This document shows, one piece after another, positions 53,889-64,000 of a stretch of DNA of 64,000 nt. This stretch comes from an uncultured Acidobacteriota bacterium. Lineage in GTDB: Bacteria; Acidobacteriota; Terriglobia; Terriglobales; Acidobacteriaceae. Position numbers and translations under genes: made by a program. The first letter of the stretch is position 1; each line of letters opens with the position of its first letter. The DNA lies in NCBI GenBank assembly GCA_963717205.1, contig CAVQVP010000005.1, positions 36,261 through 100,260 of the forward strand. The letters are read 5' to 3'. A model generated the notes under the pieces. The model saw only the letters and a program-made list of their open reading frames with translations, did not search any database and was not told the origin of the DNA.

Positions 53889-55523
53889 TTAACGCGTTGC
53901 ACTTTTTTCCGCTCCAGCAACCCAGTAATAGTCCACGTTCTGTGCGGCGTAGTGTCCCAGATAGGAGACACGGCGGCCACGCACCAATTTCGCAATCTCC
54001 GCAAACGAATTTTCAGGCGCCACCAATAAGTGCTCTTCCGCGGGAACGCTGCCCCAGTCGTAATTGAAAGTTAACTGATTACGATAAAAGGTAAGACCAT
54101 ATTCCAGCTCGCGTCGCACATGATAAACGGCTAGTGGCAGCGGATGGGTCTCGATAGCCGCAATTTCCCGGGCAAGGGGACGCGCGGACAGCGTTTGATC
54201 AATCGGTCCGGAGCCCAACTTCAATACGGCTCCTACCGTAAGGACGACTGGGATCAGAGTGATGAAACGCAACATCCGCAGGCCAGCCCTGCGGGCCAAC
54301 GTGAGAGCGATCCCGGCGCAGAGTACAAAGGCGATGGCGAGCGCCACCACCATCGGTTGCCCTCCATGGAGACGATGCTGAGTTACGAGATAGGCGATCA
54401 ACAAAGCCGGAACAATCGGGGCCGCCGCCAACAAGGCATGCAACACGATCAGAATTTTAGCAACGGGCTGGGCTTCGCTTCGTGCAAGATGCTGGCGCAA
54501 ATAATCCACCAACAGCAGGCCGCCCGCAGGAATTGCGGGAAGAATGTAACCCGGCAGCTTCGATTGGGAGAACGAGAAAAACACAACCGGTGCGATCAGC
54601 CAGCAGCACGCAAAAACGCTGAATTGATATTCCAGATCGGATTGGCCCGGCCTGAGTAATTTTCGTCTTGTCCACCAAACGCGAACCGGCGGAACGAGGG
54701 CGGCAATTACGAACACTGTCCACGGGACCAGCCCCAAAGCCATTACCGGCAGGTAATACCAGAAAGGCTCGGTATGGTGATAAAGATTGTGTGAGAAGCG
54801 TCCGAGATTGTGTTCGACGATGAATTCGTGAAGGAAAACTGGGTTGCGCATTTGCACTGCGAGATACCACGGCAACGCGACTGCACAGCATAAAAGAAGT
54901 CCCGGCGGCCAGAGCGTCTTCAAAAGAAGGCGGAATTCTCGAACCGAGGCCGCGTAGAGAATGATTACCAGTGCGGCGAGAAATGGCGCAATTGGCCCCT
55001 TCGCCAGAGTTCCTAAAGCAACGGAGAAATAAAAGATCGCAAGATAGAGTTTTTTTCCGTTTTCTCGCCAGGCCCACCATCCGAGCATGGCAAACGTGAA
55101 AGTTGCGGCCAGAGCCATATCCATCGAGGCGGCGCGCGCGTAGCCGACGATTCCAGCCGAAGAGGCCGTGATCAGAGCGCCATCAAGTTCGGATCCCGGG
55201 CCGAACCGCCGTAGAAAGAAATAAACCGCCAATACCAGGAACGTGGCGTCGAGTGCCGAAGGTAGGCGCGCGGCCCAGTCACTCACGCCGAAGATTTTGT
55301 ACGTGAGCATGGCTTGCCAGTAATAAAGCGGCGGTTTTTCCAGCCAAGGCTGCCCGCCAAGCACGGGTGTAACCCAATCGTGGCGCTCAATCATTTCGCG
55401 CGCCACTTGCGCGTAACGGGGCTCATCGGCTCCGGTCAATCCGAACTGCCCGAGCCCGTACAAAAACAGAAATGCGCAAAAACCCGCAAGCAGGAGCACG
55501 TCGGTGCGGGTGCGATTGGTCAT
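53889..55523 (-). CDS. GT39/ArnT-like phospholipid-carrier-dependent glycosyltransferase
   Basis: GADEPRYAQVAREMIERHDWVTP...PWLEKPPLYYW at the N-terminus and about 12 TM. Confidence 0.85.
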   Translation of the reverse strand: MTNRTRTDVLLLAGFCAFLFLYGLGQFGLTGADEPRYAQVAREMIERHDWVTPVLGGQPWLEKPPLYYWQAMLTYKIFGVSDWAARLPSALDATFLVLAVYFFLRRFGPGSELDGALITASSAGIVGYARAASMDMALAATFTFAMLGWWAWRENGKKLYLAIFYFSVALGTLAKGPIAPFLAALVIILYAASVREFRLLLKTLWPPGLLLCCAVALPWYLAVQMRNPVFLHEFIVEHNLGRFSHNLYHHTEPFWYYLPVMALGLVPWTVFVIAALVPPVRVWWTRRKLLRPGQSDLEYQFSVFACCWLIAPVVFFSFSQSKLPGYILPAIPAGGLLLVDYLRQHLARSEAQPVAKILIVLHALLAAAPIVPALLIAYLVTQHRLHGGQPMVVALAIAFVLCAGIALTLARRAGLRMLRFITLIPVVLTVGAVLKLGSGPIDQTLSARPLAREIAAIETHPLPLAVYHVRRELEYGLTFYRNQLTFNYDWGSVPAEEHLLVAPENSFAEIAKLVRGRRVSYLGHYAAQNVDYYWVAGAEKSATR

Positions 55524-55533
55524 GGGAGGATGG

Positions 55534-55630
55534 AAGGTTTCAAGGTTTCAGGAGTTTCAAGGTTTTCAAAGTATCGCAGGCAATGTATCGGAGGAATTGG
55601 CCTTCGAAACGCTGAAACCTTGAAACCTGA
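55534..55630. repeat. Palindromic GGTTTCAAGG-word element (same word as 42093-42352)
   Basis: Left arm AAGGTTTCAAGGTTTCAGGAGTTTCAAGGTTTTCAAAG. The reverse complement of the right arm is TCAGGTTTCAAGGTTTCAGCGTTTCGAAGG. Loop of about 30 nt. Lies between co-directional nrnA and GT39 genes. Confidence 0.8.
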
Positions 55631-55637
55631 TATTGAT

Positions 55638-56585
55638 TCATTGTACGGAAGGACCGCGGTGCAGCATTTCCAAAATCTGACGGACAGCTTGGGCCAGCGG
55701 CCCATCCACAGAACAACCGCTGGCGCACTCATGGCCGCCACCGCCAAAGCGCTCGGCTACTCGGGCCACATCGACTTGGCCCTTGCTGCGCAAACTCACC
55801 CGAAAGCGTCCCTCGGGAAGTTCTCGGAAGAAGGCCGCAACTTCCACTTCTCCAATCGAGAGCACGTAGTTCACTAAGCCTTCGCAGTCCTCTTCTTTGG
55901 CTTCACAACGGTCCATTTGCGCCTGAGTTACCCAGGTCCAGCCGACGTGGCCCTCAGTGTTGAGGTTGCGGAGAGCTTCGCCCAACAGCCTCATCTTGGC
56001 CACTGAATGGGCAAAATAAATGCTGCGGGCGCAGTGCGAGGGATCAGCGCCGGCGAGAACTAACTCCCGTGCCAGAGCGAAGGTATGCTCGTTCGTTCCT
56101 TGAAACATGAACGAGCCTGTGTCCGTCATGAGCGCGGTGTAAAGACAGGTAGCAATTTCCGGCGAGAACGGAGTTCCCGCCTCACGCGCCAGCCGGAAAA
56201 CCATCTCTCCCGTAGCAACAGCGTGCGGATCGATCCAGTTGACATCCGCGAAGGGCCGCCCGCTGACGTGATGATCGATGCTGATCAGGAAGCGGTTTTC
56301 CAAACCTTCCAGGCGCGTGCGGTGAATGCTGTCACACTCGAGAATGATTGCCGCGTCATAATTGCCGGCAACGCGATCGGCCTGCAACACCTGATCGGCG
56401 AACGGGAGAGCACGATAGATGCGCGGTACGCCATCGTGCAGTACTACGTCGGCCTGCTTCCCCATCGAGCGCAAAACCTGACAGCACGCCAGCGCCGATC
56501 CAATGGCGTCGCCATCGGGCCGCGCGTGCGACGTAAGCACGAACCGGTCGCGCTGCTCGATTTGCTGGAGAACATCCTGCAGCAT
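55638..56585 (-). CDS. nrnA: DHH-family oligoribonuclease / pAp phosphatase NrnA
   Basis: HARPDGDAIGS, DHH (SIDHHVS), C-terminal DHHA1 GGGHECASG. Confidence 0.85.
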   Translation of the reverse strand: MLQDVLQQIEQRDRFVLTSHARPDGDAIGSALACCQVLRSMGKQADVVLHDGVPRIYRALPFADQVLQADRVAGNYDAAIILECDSIHRTRLEGLENRFLISIDHHVSGRPFADVNWIDPHAVATGEMVFRLAREAGTPFSPEIATCLYTALMTDTGSFMFQGTNEHTFALARELVLAGADPSHCARSIYFAHSVAKMRLLGEALRNLNTEGHVGWTWVTQAQMDRCEAKEEDCEGLVNYVLSIGEVEVAAFFRELPEGRFRVSLRSKGQVDVARVAERFGGGGHECASGCSVDGPLAQAVRQILEMLHRGPSVQ

Positions 56586-56589
56586 ACTT

Positions 56590-56982
56590 CTACACCTTCT
56601 TCTCGTCCGATCCGGTGCGTGCTTTCATTCTCTTTTTCGCGCGCGCCAACAACTCCTCCACACGCGCTTTTTCCCGCTCAGAGCGATCCAGCCGGAAATA
56701 CAATTCCGGCGCGCGCCTCAAGCGCAAACGTTCGACCAGTTCATGCCTTATATATTCCTTGGCGGCGAGCAGGCCTTCGAGGCTTCGGTCCGCCTCCTGA
56801 TCGTCGCCATCCACATCCACCAGTACGTGCGCCGAGCGGCCGTCGTCGGCCACATGCACCGCGGTCACCCCGACCAACCCAATGCGCGGGTCGGCCAGTT
56901 CCCCTTCCACCAAAGTTTCTATTTCCTCGCGCAAGGCTTCGCCCAACCGTCCGCGATGATATTTGAGCCCACGCTTCTCCAC
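56590..56982 (-). CDS. rbfA: Ribosome-binding factor A
   Basis: RLGEALREEIETLVEGELADPRIG..VTAVHV..D...A.V.V. Operon position after infB. Confidence 0.92.
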   Translation of the reverse strand: MEKRGLKYHRGRLGEALREEIETLVEGELADPRIGLVGVTAVHVADDGRSAHVLVDVDGDDQEADRSLEGLLAAKEYIRHELVERLRLRRAPELYFRLDRSEREKARVEELLARAKKRMKARTGSDEKKV

Positions 56983-57180
56983 CGTTCACCTCGAAGTAAA
57001 ACGCATGAGAATATCAGAAAATCGACCGCCGGTGTTGGCTTTGAAGTGCTATTGTCGCGCACAAATGCGGGGGAGCGGTAAGTACAGAGGTAACAAGGTG
57101 ATAGCGGGACGAACCTCGCTCGTCGTCAGTCGTTGGTTGTTGGTCTCAGCCAATAACTGCGGATGGCGAATCTATGCTTA

Positions 57181-57468
57181 TCACAAATATTCGACAAAGC
57201 AGTCCGACACGTCGGCGCCGTGGTTGTTGGCGATGCGCGTGGCCTGCCGCTCGACATTCTTCATCAGTCCATCGAGGTAATCGCGTGAATCAGAGATGCT
57301 GACCACTCCAACGGTGGCGCGATTCCACAAGCCGCTGGCTTCGAGTTCGGCGACAGAGACATTAAAGCTGGCGCGCAACCGGTCTTTCAAGCTGCGCACG
57401 ACTTGACGCTTGTCCTTGAGGGATTGAGCGGCTTCGATGTGAAGTTCGAGGGTAAGGAAAGCGATCAT
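57181..57468 (-). CDS. DUF503 (YlxP-like) protein
   Basis: LELHIEAAQSLKDKRQVVRSLKDRLRASFNVSVAE. Classic position between infB and rbfA. Confidence 0.85.
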   Translation of the reverse strand: MIAFLTLELHIEAAQSLKDKRQVVRSLKDRLRASFNVSVAELEASGLWNRATVGVVSISDSRDYLDGLMKNVERQATRIANNHGADVSDCFVEYL

Positions 57469-57470
57469 GA

Positions 57471-57563
57471 ATCAGTGGCCAGCGATCAGTGGCCAGTAAG
57501 ATCGCTAGCGCGTCACGCATCGGTTTTTTACTGGCCACTAAGCACTGAACACTGGCCACTGAT
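57471..57563. repeat. Palindromic word element (ATCAGTGGCCAG x2 ... CTGGCCACT x2)
   Basis: Left arm ATCAGTGGCCAGCGATCAGTGGCCAGT. The reverse complement of the right arm is ATCAGTGGCCAGTGTTCAGTGCTTAGTGGCCAGT. It fills the whole infB-DUF503 spacer. Confidence 0.8.
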
Positions 57564-57564
57564 T

Positions 57565-60453
57565 TCAAGCCATTGCTTCCGCGGCGATCCTCTCGGTGGC
57601 GAAGGCTTCGATCACATCCCCGACCTTGATGTCTCCATAATTAGATATGGAAATGCCACACTCCATGCCGTTGGTCACCTGGCTAGCATCGTCCTTGAAG
57701 CGGCGCAGCGATCCGACCTTGCCTTTGAAGACCTGCACGTTGTCGCGCAGCAGGCGGACTTCGGAGTCGCGCTTGATCAAGCCGTCGCTCACGCGGCAAC
57801 CGGCCACGGTCCCAACTTTCGGAATGCGGAACACGTTGAGCACCTCGGCGCGGCCCTGGTAAGTTTCCTTAATAGTAGGCTCCAGCAAGCCGGTCATGGC
57901 GCGCTTGATCTCATCCTGGAGTTCGTAAATGATCGAGTGCAGGCGGATATCAACTTTTTCCTGCTCGGCGATTTCCTGTGCTTTGCGTTCCGGACGCACG
58001 TTGAAGCCAATGATGATCGCGTTTGACGCCGATGCCAGCAGCACATCGGTTTCGGTAATCGCGCCCACGCCCGAACGCAGCAATTTCAGGCGCACCCTGT
58101 CGTTTGAGAGCTTGGTGAGCAAGTCGGTAATCACTTCGACTGAGCCCTGCACATCGCCCTTGAGAATCACATTCAGTTCTTTGGTACCAGCGGCCTTAAT
58201 CTGCTCAGCCAATCCTTCCAGCGACACGCGGGAACTCTTGGCCAGTGCGGCTTCGCGCGATTTTTGCTCGCGGTACTCCGAAATGCCGCGAGCTTTGTCG
58301 CGATCAGCGACGACCACGAATTGATCGCCAGCCTGCGGCAGAGCCTCGATGCCAATAATTTCTACCGGGGTTGAAGGCGGAGCCGTCTGCAACTGCGCGC
58401 CACGATCATCGAACATCGCACGCACTTTGCCGTACACGTTGCCGACCACAAAATTGTCGCCCGCGTTCAGCGTTCCATTCTGCACCAACACAGTGGCCAC
58501 GGGACCCCGTCCGCGATCAAGTTTCGCTTCCAGCACTACGCCAGTCGCCGCGCGCTCTGGCGTTGCCTTTAGCTCGCCGAGGTCTGCGACGAGGCAGATC
58601 ATTTCCATCAACAGATTCAGATTCGTTTTCTTCTTTGCGGAGACGTCGACGAACACCGTCTTGCCGCCCCACTCTTCGGGAACCAATCCACGATCGGCAA
58701 GCTGCTTTTTGACGCGGTCGGGCAAGGCGTCCGGCTTATCGATTTTGTTTACCGCGACGATGATGGGAACTTCGGCGGCATGCGCGTGATCAATGGCTTC
58801 GAGCGTCTGCGGCATGACACCATCGTCAGCCGCGACCACCAGCACAACAATGTCAGTGGCCTTTGCGCCGCGGGAACGCATACGCGTGAAAGCTTCGTGA
58901 CCAGGGGTATCGAGGAAGACGATCTCGCGCCCGAACGCCGGCGATTCCTTGTCGGTAATTCGGACTTTATAGGCGCCGATGTGCTGCGTAATGCCTCCGG
59001 CTTCGCCTTCGGCAACATTGGTCGTTCGAATGGAGTCGAGCAGCGTCGTCTTGCCGTGATCGACGTGGCCCATGATGGTGACCACGGGCGGACGCACGCC
59101 AGTTTCAGGAGCGGACTCTTCTCCTGCTGCGGCCGCATCAATCTCTTTCGCCGTCTGCTCTTCGAATGTGATCACGTTGGTATCGGCGCCGAAGAAGCGC
59201 GCCATTTCGCTGGCCAGCTCCGCGTCGAGCGTCTGGTTGATGGTGGCGAAGACGCCTTTGGAGAGTAACCGCGAAATCAGATCTTTGGCGCGAACCTCCA
59301 GCTTCTCCGCCAGATCTTTTACGCTGATGCCTTCCGTTATGGTGATGCTGCGCGTGATCGGCTGCGGCTCATTCGACACCACCAGGCGCGGAGGCGGTGT
59401 ATAGCCCTTCATCGGGCCTTCTTTTACACCGCGCGGAACATAGCGCTGGCCCGGCCTTCGCGCAGGAGCGCCCGCACGGCTGCCCGGCCGCGTGGTTCCT
59501 GGAGGGGGAAGCGCCGGACCTACACCCAACGGACGCGCCCCAGCGGGCGACTGCCGCGTGGGATGCATCGGTCTGCGCTCGCCAGGACGGAGCAGCGGCC
59601 GCGCACCTGGCGCTGAGCCCGCAGCCGGCGGACGGCGTTGGAAGATGGGCTGGCCAGGCACGGGACGCCCAGGAGCAGCGCGCATCGCGCCGCCGATTGG
59701 AACGCCAGGCTGCACCGGCGGCGGAGCCGGTCGCGCAGGAGCCTTATACACCGGCCGCGGCCCGGTTTGCGGAACGATCATGCGCGGCACCGGAGGTGGC
59801 GGAGCAGATGGCCGAGAAGCAGTCGGTGAAGCGCTCGCCGATACAACCGGAGGCGCTGCTGCAGATGGAACCGGCGGAGGGGGCGCGGTTGGACGCGTTG
59901 GTGGAGCGGCCGCTGGCGCTGATGCAACTGACGACGGAACTGGTGACGAAGCCGACGGAGGTGCGACTACCACACGTGCGGGAGTAACCGCCGCCGGCGA
60001 TGCACTGGCCGAAGGGGGGGCCGCTGGCTTCGCCGGCGGAGGCGCAACGGTGCTCGGTCGACTTACAACGGCGGGTGGTGCGGTTGCAGGCTTTTCTATC
60101 GGAGCCTGCGTTACTGGCGGCGCTGCTGAACGCGGCGCCGCTGGTGGCGCCACCGTTTCCTTCCGCTGCGTAATCGCCTTTAACACATCCCCGGGCCGGG
60201 AAATGTGAGACAGATCGATTTTGGTTTTGATTTCTTCTTCGCCGCGAGCCCCGCGCGAACCAGACTTACCTGCCGAGGACGAACCTTCCGCCGAGGAGCG
60301 GATGTATACCCGCACTTTCTCCGCTTCGTGCTCTTCCAGAGAACTGGAGTGCGTCTTCTTTTCAGTCACTCCTACCAGCGGAAGTGTATCGAGGATAGCT
60401 TTGCTTTTAACTTCCATTTCCCTGGCAAGATCGTTGATTCGAACCTTACTCAT
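57565..60453 (-). CDS. infB: Translation initiation factor IF-2
   Basis: 962 aa. P/A-rich N-terminal region and G-domain motifs ([18 protein letters not shown]). Confidence 0.97.
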   Translation of the reverse strand: MSKVRINDLAREMEVKSKAILDTLPLVGVTEKKTHSSSLEEHEAEKVRVYIRSSAEGSSSAGKSGSRGARGEEEIKTKIDLSHISRPGDVLKAITQRKETVAPPAAPRSAAPPVTQAPIEKPATAPPAVVSRPSTVAPPPAKPAAPPSASASPAAVTPARVVVAPPSASSPVPSSVASAPAAAPPTRPTAPPPPVPSAAAPPVVSASASPTASRPSAPPPPVPRMIVPQTGPRPVYKAPARPAPPPVQPGVPIGGAMRAAPGRPVPGQPIFQRRPPAAGSAPGARPLLRPGERRPMHPTRQSPAGARPLGVGPALPPPGTTRPGSRAGAPARRPGQRYVPRGVKEGPMKGYTPPPRLVVSNEPQPITRSITITEGISVKDLAEKLEVRAKDLISRLLSKGVFATINQTLDAELASEMARFFGADTNVITFEEQTAKEIDAAAAGEESAPETGVRPPVVTIMGHVDHGKTTLLDSIRTTNVAEGEAGGITQHIGAYKVRITDKESPAFGREIVFLDTPGHEAFTRMRSRGAKATDIVVLVVAADDGVMPQTLEAIDHAHAAEVPIIVAVNKIDKPDALPDRVKKQLADRGLVPEEWGGKTVFVDVSAKKKTNLNLLMEMICLVADLGELKATPERAATGVVLEAKLDRGRGPVATVLVQNGTLNAGDNFVVGNVYGKVRAMFDDRGAQLQTAPPSTPVEIIGIEALPQAGDQFVVVADRDKARGISEYREQKSREAALAKSSRVSLEGLAEQIKAAGTKELNVILKGDVQGSVEVITDLLTKLSNDRVRLKLLRSGVGAITETDVLLASASNAIIIGFNVRPERKAQEIAEQEKVDIRLHSIIYELQDEIKRAMTGLLEPTIKETYQGRAEVLNVFRIPKVGTVAGCRVSDGLIKRDSEVRLLRDNVQVFKGKVGSLRRFKDDASQVTNGMECGISISNYGDIKVGDVIEAFATERIAAEAMA

Positions 60454-60555
60454 CCGGCCTTTCGTTTCTCCGCGTTGTAGTTAGGTCTTCATTGCGACCT
60501 CACGGAGTCAATTTCTTTAGTCCCACGCCGTCGAACTCATGCCAGCGTGCCATGA

Positions 60556-62091
60556 TTATTCTGTGGTTTTGGAAGCGGATTCTTCTTCCGGAGCGGGCTG
60601 CTCATCGGAATGTTCCGCCTGCCCTTCGTTGTGGTCTGCCGCAGTTGCATGTGGCTCCGCCGCGGCTTCAGCTGCCGGTCCACCTTCCTCTGCGATCGCA
60701 CCTTCTTCGCTTGCAACTTCCTCGCTGGCGGCCATATCAGCCACAACTTCGCCCGCTTCCGAAGATTCCACCGCCTCGCCTTCAGCGGCCACTTCGCCTT
60801 CAGCCGCACCCTGATCAAGGCTGGCAAAGTAATTATTCACCGCCAGACTTATTTTTTCCACCGTCTTCGGCCCAATGCCCTCAATCGCCTCAAGCTGTTC
60901 CGGCGTCATGTCGGCCAAGGCTTCCACGGTGGTCACTCCTGCAGCACTCAATTTCTCCACCAACCCATCGCCGAGGCCCGGCACCTTCTCGAGCGGCGTA
61001 GAAGTTTGCGGCACCATCGCCGACATCTGCTGCTCCACTTCCTGCCGCTTCTCCTCTTCGCTCTTGATGTCGATCTTCCAACCCAGCAGCTTCGCCGCAA
61101 GCCGGACGTTCTGCCCCTTCTTGCCGATGGCGAGGGAAAGCTGGCTGTCGTCCACCACCACTTCCAGATGCTTTCCTCCGGAATCGACCACGGTGACCTT
61201 GCTTACTTTCGCCGGCTGCAGCGCTTTCTCGGCGAACGTCACTGCATCTTCGTGATATTCGATAATGTCAATCTTCTCTCCGTGCAGTTCGCGAATGATC
61301 GACTGCACGCGCATTCCCTTCATGCCTACGCACGCGCCGACCGCGTCTACGTCTTTATCTTTGGACATCACCGCAATCTTGGTGCGCTCCCCAGCTTCGC
61401 GGGCAATGGCGCGAATCACCACGGTGCCGTCATAAATCTCCGGCACTTCGGTCTGGAATAGATGTTGCACAAGGTCTGGGACGGCTCGAGATACGACCAC
61501 GCCCGGTCCCTTGGAAGCCTTTTCCACGCGCGCAATCACCACCCGCACCCGTTCGCCGATCGCAAAGGACTCCAGCCGCGATTGTTCTTTGCGCGGCATG
61601 CGTGCTTCCGCCTTTCCGATGTCGAAAATCACATCCGGACCTTCGACGCGCTTGACCGTGGCGTTCACCACTTCGCCGACGCGTCCGATGTATTCGTTGT
61701 AGACCGTGTCGCGCTCCGCTTCGCGCACTTTCTGGAAGATGACCTGCTTCGCCAATTGCGCCGCAATCCGGCCAAGAATGCCTTCGGTAACTTTTGGAAT
61801 CCGCAACTCTCCGCCAATTTCCAGGTTCGGATTCGATTTGCGCGCGTCTTCCAGCGTGATCTGCAGCGCGGGATCCTCCACCTGCTCAGGCGTCTCCACC
61901 ACTGTCTTCACTGCGTAGGCGTTGATCTTGCCGGTCTCTTTGTCCAATTCGGCGCGCAGATTTTCCTGCGTCTTGTAGTACTTCCGCGTCGCCATCACGA
62001 TGGCATCTTCCACCGCGGTCACCACAATCTGCGGATCAATCCCCTTCTCGCGGCTTAACGCATCGATCGTGTTGTAGAGCTCACTTGCCAT
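60556..62091 (-). CDS. nusA: Transcription termination/antitermination factor NusA with acidic C-terminal tail
   Basis: S1 and KH1/KH2 domains (GACVGMKGMRVQ, AIGKKGQNVRLA), an HhH repeat, then an E/A-rich tail. Confidence 0.97.
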   Translation of the reverse strand: MASELYNTIDALSREKGIDPQIVVTAVEDAIVMATRKYYKTQENLRAELDKETGKINAYAVKTVVETPEQVEDPALQITLEDARKSNPNLEIGGELRIPKVTEGILGRIAAQLAKQVIFQKVREAERDTVYNEYIGRVGEVVNATVKRVEGPDVIFDIGKAEARMPRKEQSRLESFAIGERVRVVIARVEKASKGPGVVVSRAVPDLVQHLFQTEVPEIYDGTVVIRAIAREAGERTKIAVMSKDKDVDAVGACVGMKGMRVQSIIRELHGEKIDIIEYHEDAVTFAEKALQPAKVSKVTVVDSGGKHLEVVVDDSQLSLAIGKKGQNVRLAAKLLGWKIDIKSEEEKRQEVEQQMSAMVPQTSTPLEKVPGLGDGLVEKLSAAGVTTVEALADMTPEQLEAIEGIGPKTVEKISLAVNNYFASLDQGAAEGEVAAEGEAVESSEAGEVVADMAASEEVASEEGAIAEEGGPAAEAAAEPHATAADHNEGQAEHSDEQPAPEEESASKTTE

Positions 62092-62099
62092 AAGAAAAC

Positions 62100-62218
62100 C
62101 AAATTTGGTAATTGGGTAATTGTGTAACTTGGCAATCGAAAACCGAAGCAGAACCGATCGAGCTAAAGCGAATTATTTTTTGAATTGCCCAATTACCCTA
62201 TTACCAAATTACCCAATG
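62100..62218. repeat. Palindromic word element (GGTAATTG x2 ... CAATTACC-type words)
   Basis: Left arm TTTGGTAATTGGGTAATTGTGTAACTTGGCAAT. The reverse complement of the right arm is CATTGGGTAATTTGGTAATAGGGTAATTGGGCAATTC. It fills the rimP-nusA spacer. Confidence 0.8.
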
Positions 62219-62223
62219 TCCTT

Positions 62224-62751
62224 CTAGATTTCCGGCACCAGATTCGCCTTCTCCACATTGGCGAATTCAATTCCAATCTTCTGCCCTTGATCTGCCGCCG
62301 AGCTCATTTTCTTGCGCGACTTCTTACTGGACACGCTCAGATCGAGTGTTAGCCGACCGTCGCTAAAACTTTCCAGACGGCCTTCGAAAAACCGGTTGTT
62401 GTTTACCGGCTGCCGAGTCGTCACCTTCATCCGACTGCCGGTAAAGCGCGCAAAGTCTGCCGCTCTCGTAAGCTTCCGATCCAACCCTGGCGACGAAACC
62501 TCCAGGGTATAGCGACCCGGTATTGCATCCTCGACATCGAGAATGGTCCCAAACTCGCGGCTGAAGTTGGCGCAGTCTCCGTGCGTCACTCCCGCCAGCG
62601 GATCGCCGCTCGCTGCACCGGGTTTGTCCAGAAACACGCGCAGCATGCGGGCCTGACCACTTCCAAGCAACTCCACTTCGACGACTTCAAGCCCGCTGGA
62701 GGCGGCTACCCGCTCCGCTATCTCTCGTACTCGATCAAGCTCAAGTGCCAT
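62224..62751 (-). CDS. rimP: Ribosome maturation factor RimP
   Basis: Position upstream of nusA. LEVVEVELLG....LRVFLDKP, YTLEVSSPGLDRKL. ATG 62751 preferred over the track start at 62796. Confidence 0.9.
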   Translation of the reverse strand: MALELDRVREIAERVAASSGLEVVEVELLGSGQARMLRVFLDKPGAASGDPLAGVTHGDCANFSREFGTILDVEDAIPGRYTLEVSSPGLDRKLTRAADFARFTGSRMKVTTRQPVNNNRFFEGRLESFSDGRLTLDLSVSSKKSRKKMSSAADQGQKIGIEFANVEKANLVPEI

Positions 62752-63121
62752 GCATCCAATAGCTTGCGACCATCTGGCCAGCGTATTCCTCTGCAACTAA
62801 AAAGTGGGCTTGCGCCCACTGGTGTGCCTCGCCAAATGCTGGTACTACACAACAGTTCTCAGTTCTCTAATATACGCCCGAAAGGGGACAAAAGACAAAC
62901 GCTGCGGACGCCCCGGTAACCTCGAATTGTTTTTACATTTTGTTGACGAAGACCTTGCTCGAACGGTCTAAAATTCGCCCGGTTTCGTTTCCAGCACGGC
63001 CAGACGGGCGCAGTATTTGATGTTGTTCTTGCGATCAAGTGGATTCTGCGGCCGTCGCTGGGAACTCAGGAAAAAAGTGGAGTTGTTCTAGCTCCTTTAA
63101 GAAATAGAACTGCTAACTCAT

Positions 63122-64000
63122 GTGACCCACTACGTTAGAGAACGCCATCTGTCCAATCGCTGGTCGATACTGACGGCCTTCTTGCTTTGCCAGTTTTTCG
63201 TGTTGATTCCCGCGCGGGGGCAGCGTCCCGGAGGCGGAGAAGGCATAGGGGGCGCAGGCAATATAGAACTCCGTATGCACGAGGTAGACAACAACTACTG
63301 TGACCATCTCAGTCTAGTAATCGCTGTGTTAGACGACAATAGAGCTCGACTCGACCGTGAATCGGTTGCAAAGCTGTACGATCAAAAGAGGGACTCCACA
63401 GTTTGGCAGACTCTACCGACAAACTCCGAAACGACGATTTGTATTATGGATTTTGGAGATTACGACCTTGAGGTCAGCGCGGTCGGCTACCTGACTGAGC
63501 ATAAGGACGTGCACGTCACCGGAACAATTCAGACCGTGAAGGTAGAGGTGAATCTGCACAAAGATCCGACAGCCGTCAACCTGAGCGCCGCCGACGATGC
63601 AATACCTAAGAACGCGCGCAAGGATGCTAAACGTGCGGTTGACGCGCTAAAGTCCGCGAATTACAAGGAGGCGCAGAGTCGGCTTGACAAGGTTTACAAG
63701 GTCGCTCCGTCCAGCGCACAGATAAATTTCCTGTACGGATATCTGTTCATGCAGCTTAAGAATCTGGATAAGGCCGAAGCTTACCTGAGTCGCGCCGCGA
63801 GTTTAGACCCGCGTAGAGTGCAGACACTCATCTTGCTGGGCCGGGTGCAATTGCAACGCGAACATTACGAAGATGCACGTAAGACACTGGAGCAGGCGGT
63901 TGGAGCCAACTCCCAGGACTGGATCGCACATAACCTGCTCGCAGATGCTTATCTGAGACAGAAGGAATACGAAAAGGCACGCGAACAAGCTGAGCTTGCT
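63122..64000 (+). CDS. Secreted protein with CarboxypepD_reg-like N-terminal domain and TPR repeats (partial, runs off the right edge)
   Basis: Own translation from GTG 63122: (M)THYVRERHLSNRWSILTAFLLCQFFVLIPARGQ...DFGDYDLEVSAVGYLTEHKDVHV...YKEAQSRLDKVYKVAPSSAQINFLYGYLFMQLKNLDKAEAYLSRAASLDP.... Open to base 64000, so absent from the ORF track. Confidence 0.7.
   Translation, partial: MTHYVRERHLSNRWSILTAFLLCQFFVLIPARGQRPGGGEGIGGAGNIELRMHEVDNNYCDHLSLVIAVLDDNRARLDRESVAKLYDQKRDSTVWQTLPTNSETTICIMDFGDYDLEVSAVGYLTEHKDVHVTGTIQTVKVEVNLHKDPTAVNLSAADDAIPKNARKDAKRAVDALKSANYKEAQSRLDKVYKVAPSSAQINFLYGYLFMQLKNLDKAEAYLSRAASLDPRRVQTLILLGRVQLQREHYEDARKTLEQAVGANSQDWIAHNLLADAYLRQKEYEKAREQAELA

Noticed and set aside
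59397-60208. Plus-strand ORFs (196 and 238 aa) inside the 5' third of infB
   Set aside because: They are the antisense reading of the Pro/Ala-rich IF-2 N-terminal region. Gly/Ala/Arg-rich open frames are expected there by composition alone.
63113-63307. 64-aa minus-strand ORF near the right edge
   Set aside because: It overlaps the better-supported plus-strand partial gene (signal-like N-terminus, then TPR repeats).

Overview
GC-rich 64-kb chromosomal window. Gene and repeat content suggest an Acidobacteriota (Terriglobia-like) genome, but this is inference only. Most of it is core genes. The left end has a tandem-Usp gene (partial, absent from the ORF track) and a group-3b-type [NiFe]-hydrogenase operon (FeS beta / stand-alone cNMP-binding protein / FAD-NAD gamma / small / large) with its maturation protease. 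Next come htpX, a MoxR ATPase, ychF, a ZIP transporter, VWFA and S55-like secreted proteins, a CPBP protease, uvrA, two carboxypeptidase-regulatory-like secreted proteins and a TPR protein. After an accessory islet come a cold-shock gene, YihY, a frameshifted CheY-like receiver, a 993-aa Ig-like/IPT surface protein, an S9 peptidase, an HNH-ComF pair, OPT and POT peptide transporters, yggS and a DUF167 gene, an M24 peptidase, GNAT, a GT39 glycosyltransferase and the rimP-nusA-infB-DUF503-rbfA-nrnA operon. The right edge has a partial secreted TPR gene, also absent from the track. The only clearly accessory stretch is about 26.3-31.1 kb. It holds a structured non-coding region, a compact wHTH-TIR operon with no recognisable partner effector (my best candidate for an undescribed defence module), a BrnT/BrnA toxin-antitoxin pair, an IS3-family IS with an A-run -1 frameshift site, and an ECF sigma gene truncated at the IS end. 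Several structures are not explained by genes: a diverged ~119-bp duplicate of the uvrA 3' end bracketing an orphan higA; a class of intergenic palindromic elements whose arms are tandem short words (two associated with four-helix-bundle/IVS-protein genes); an 18-bp tandem array; and two REP-like hairpin families. I saw no rRNA, tRNA or CRISPR array.
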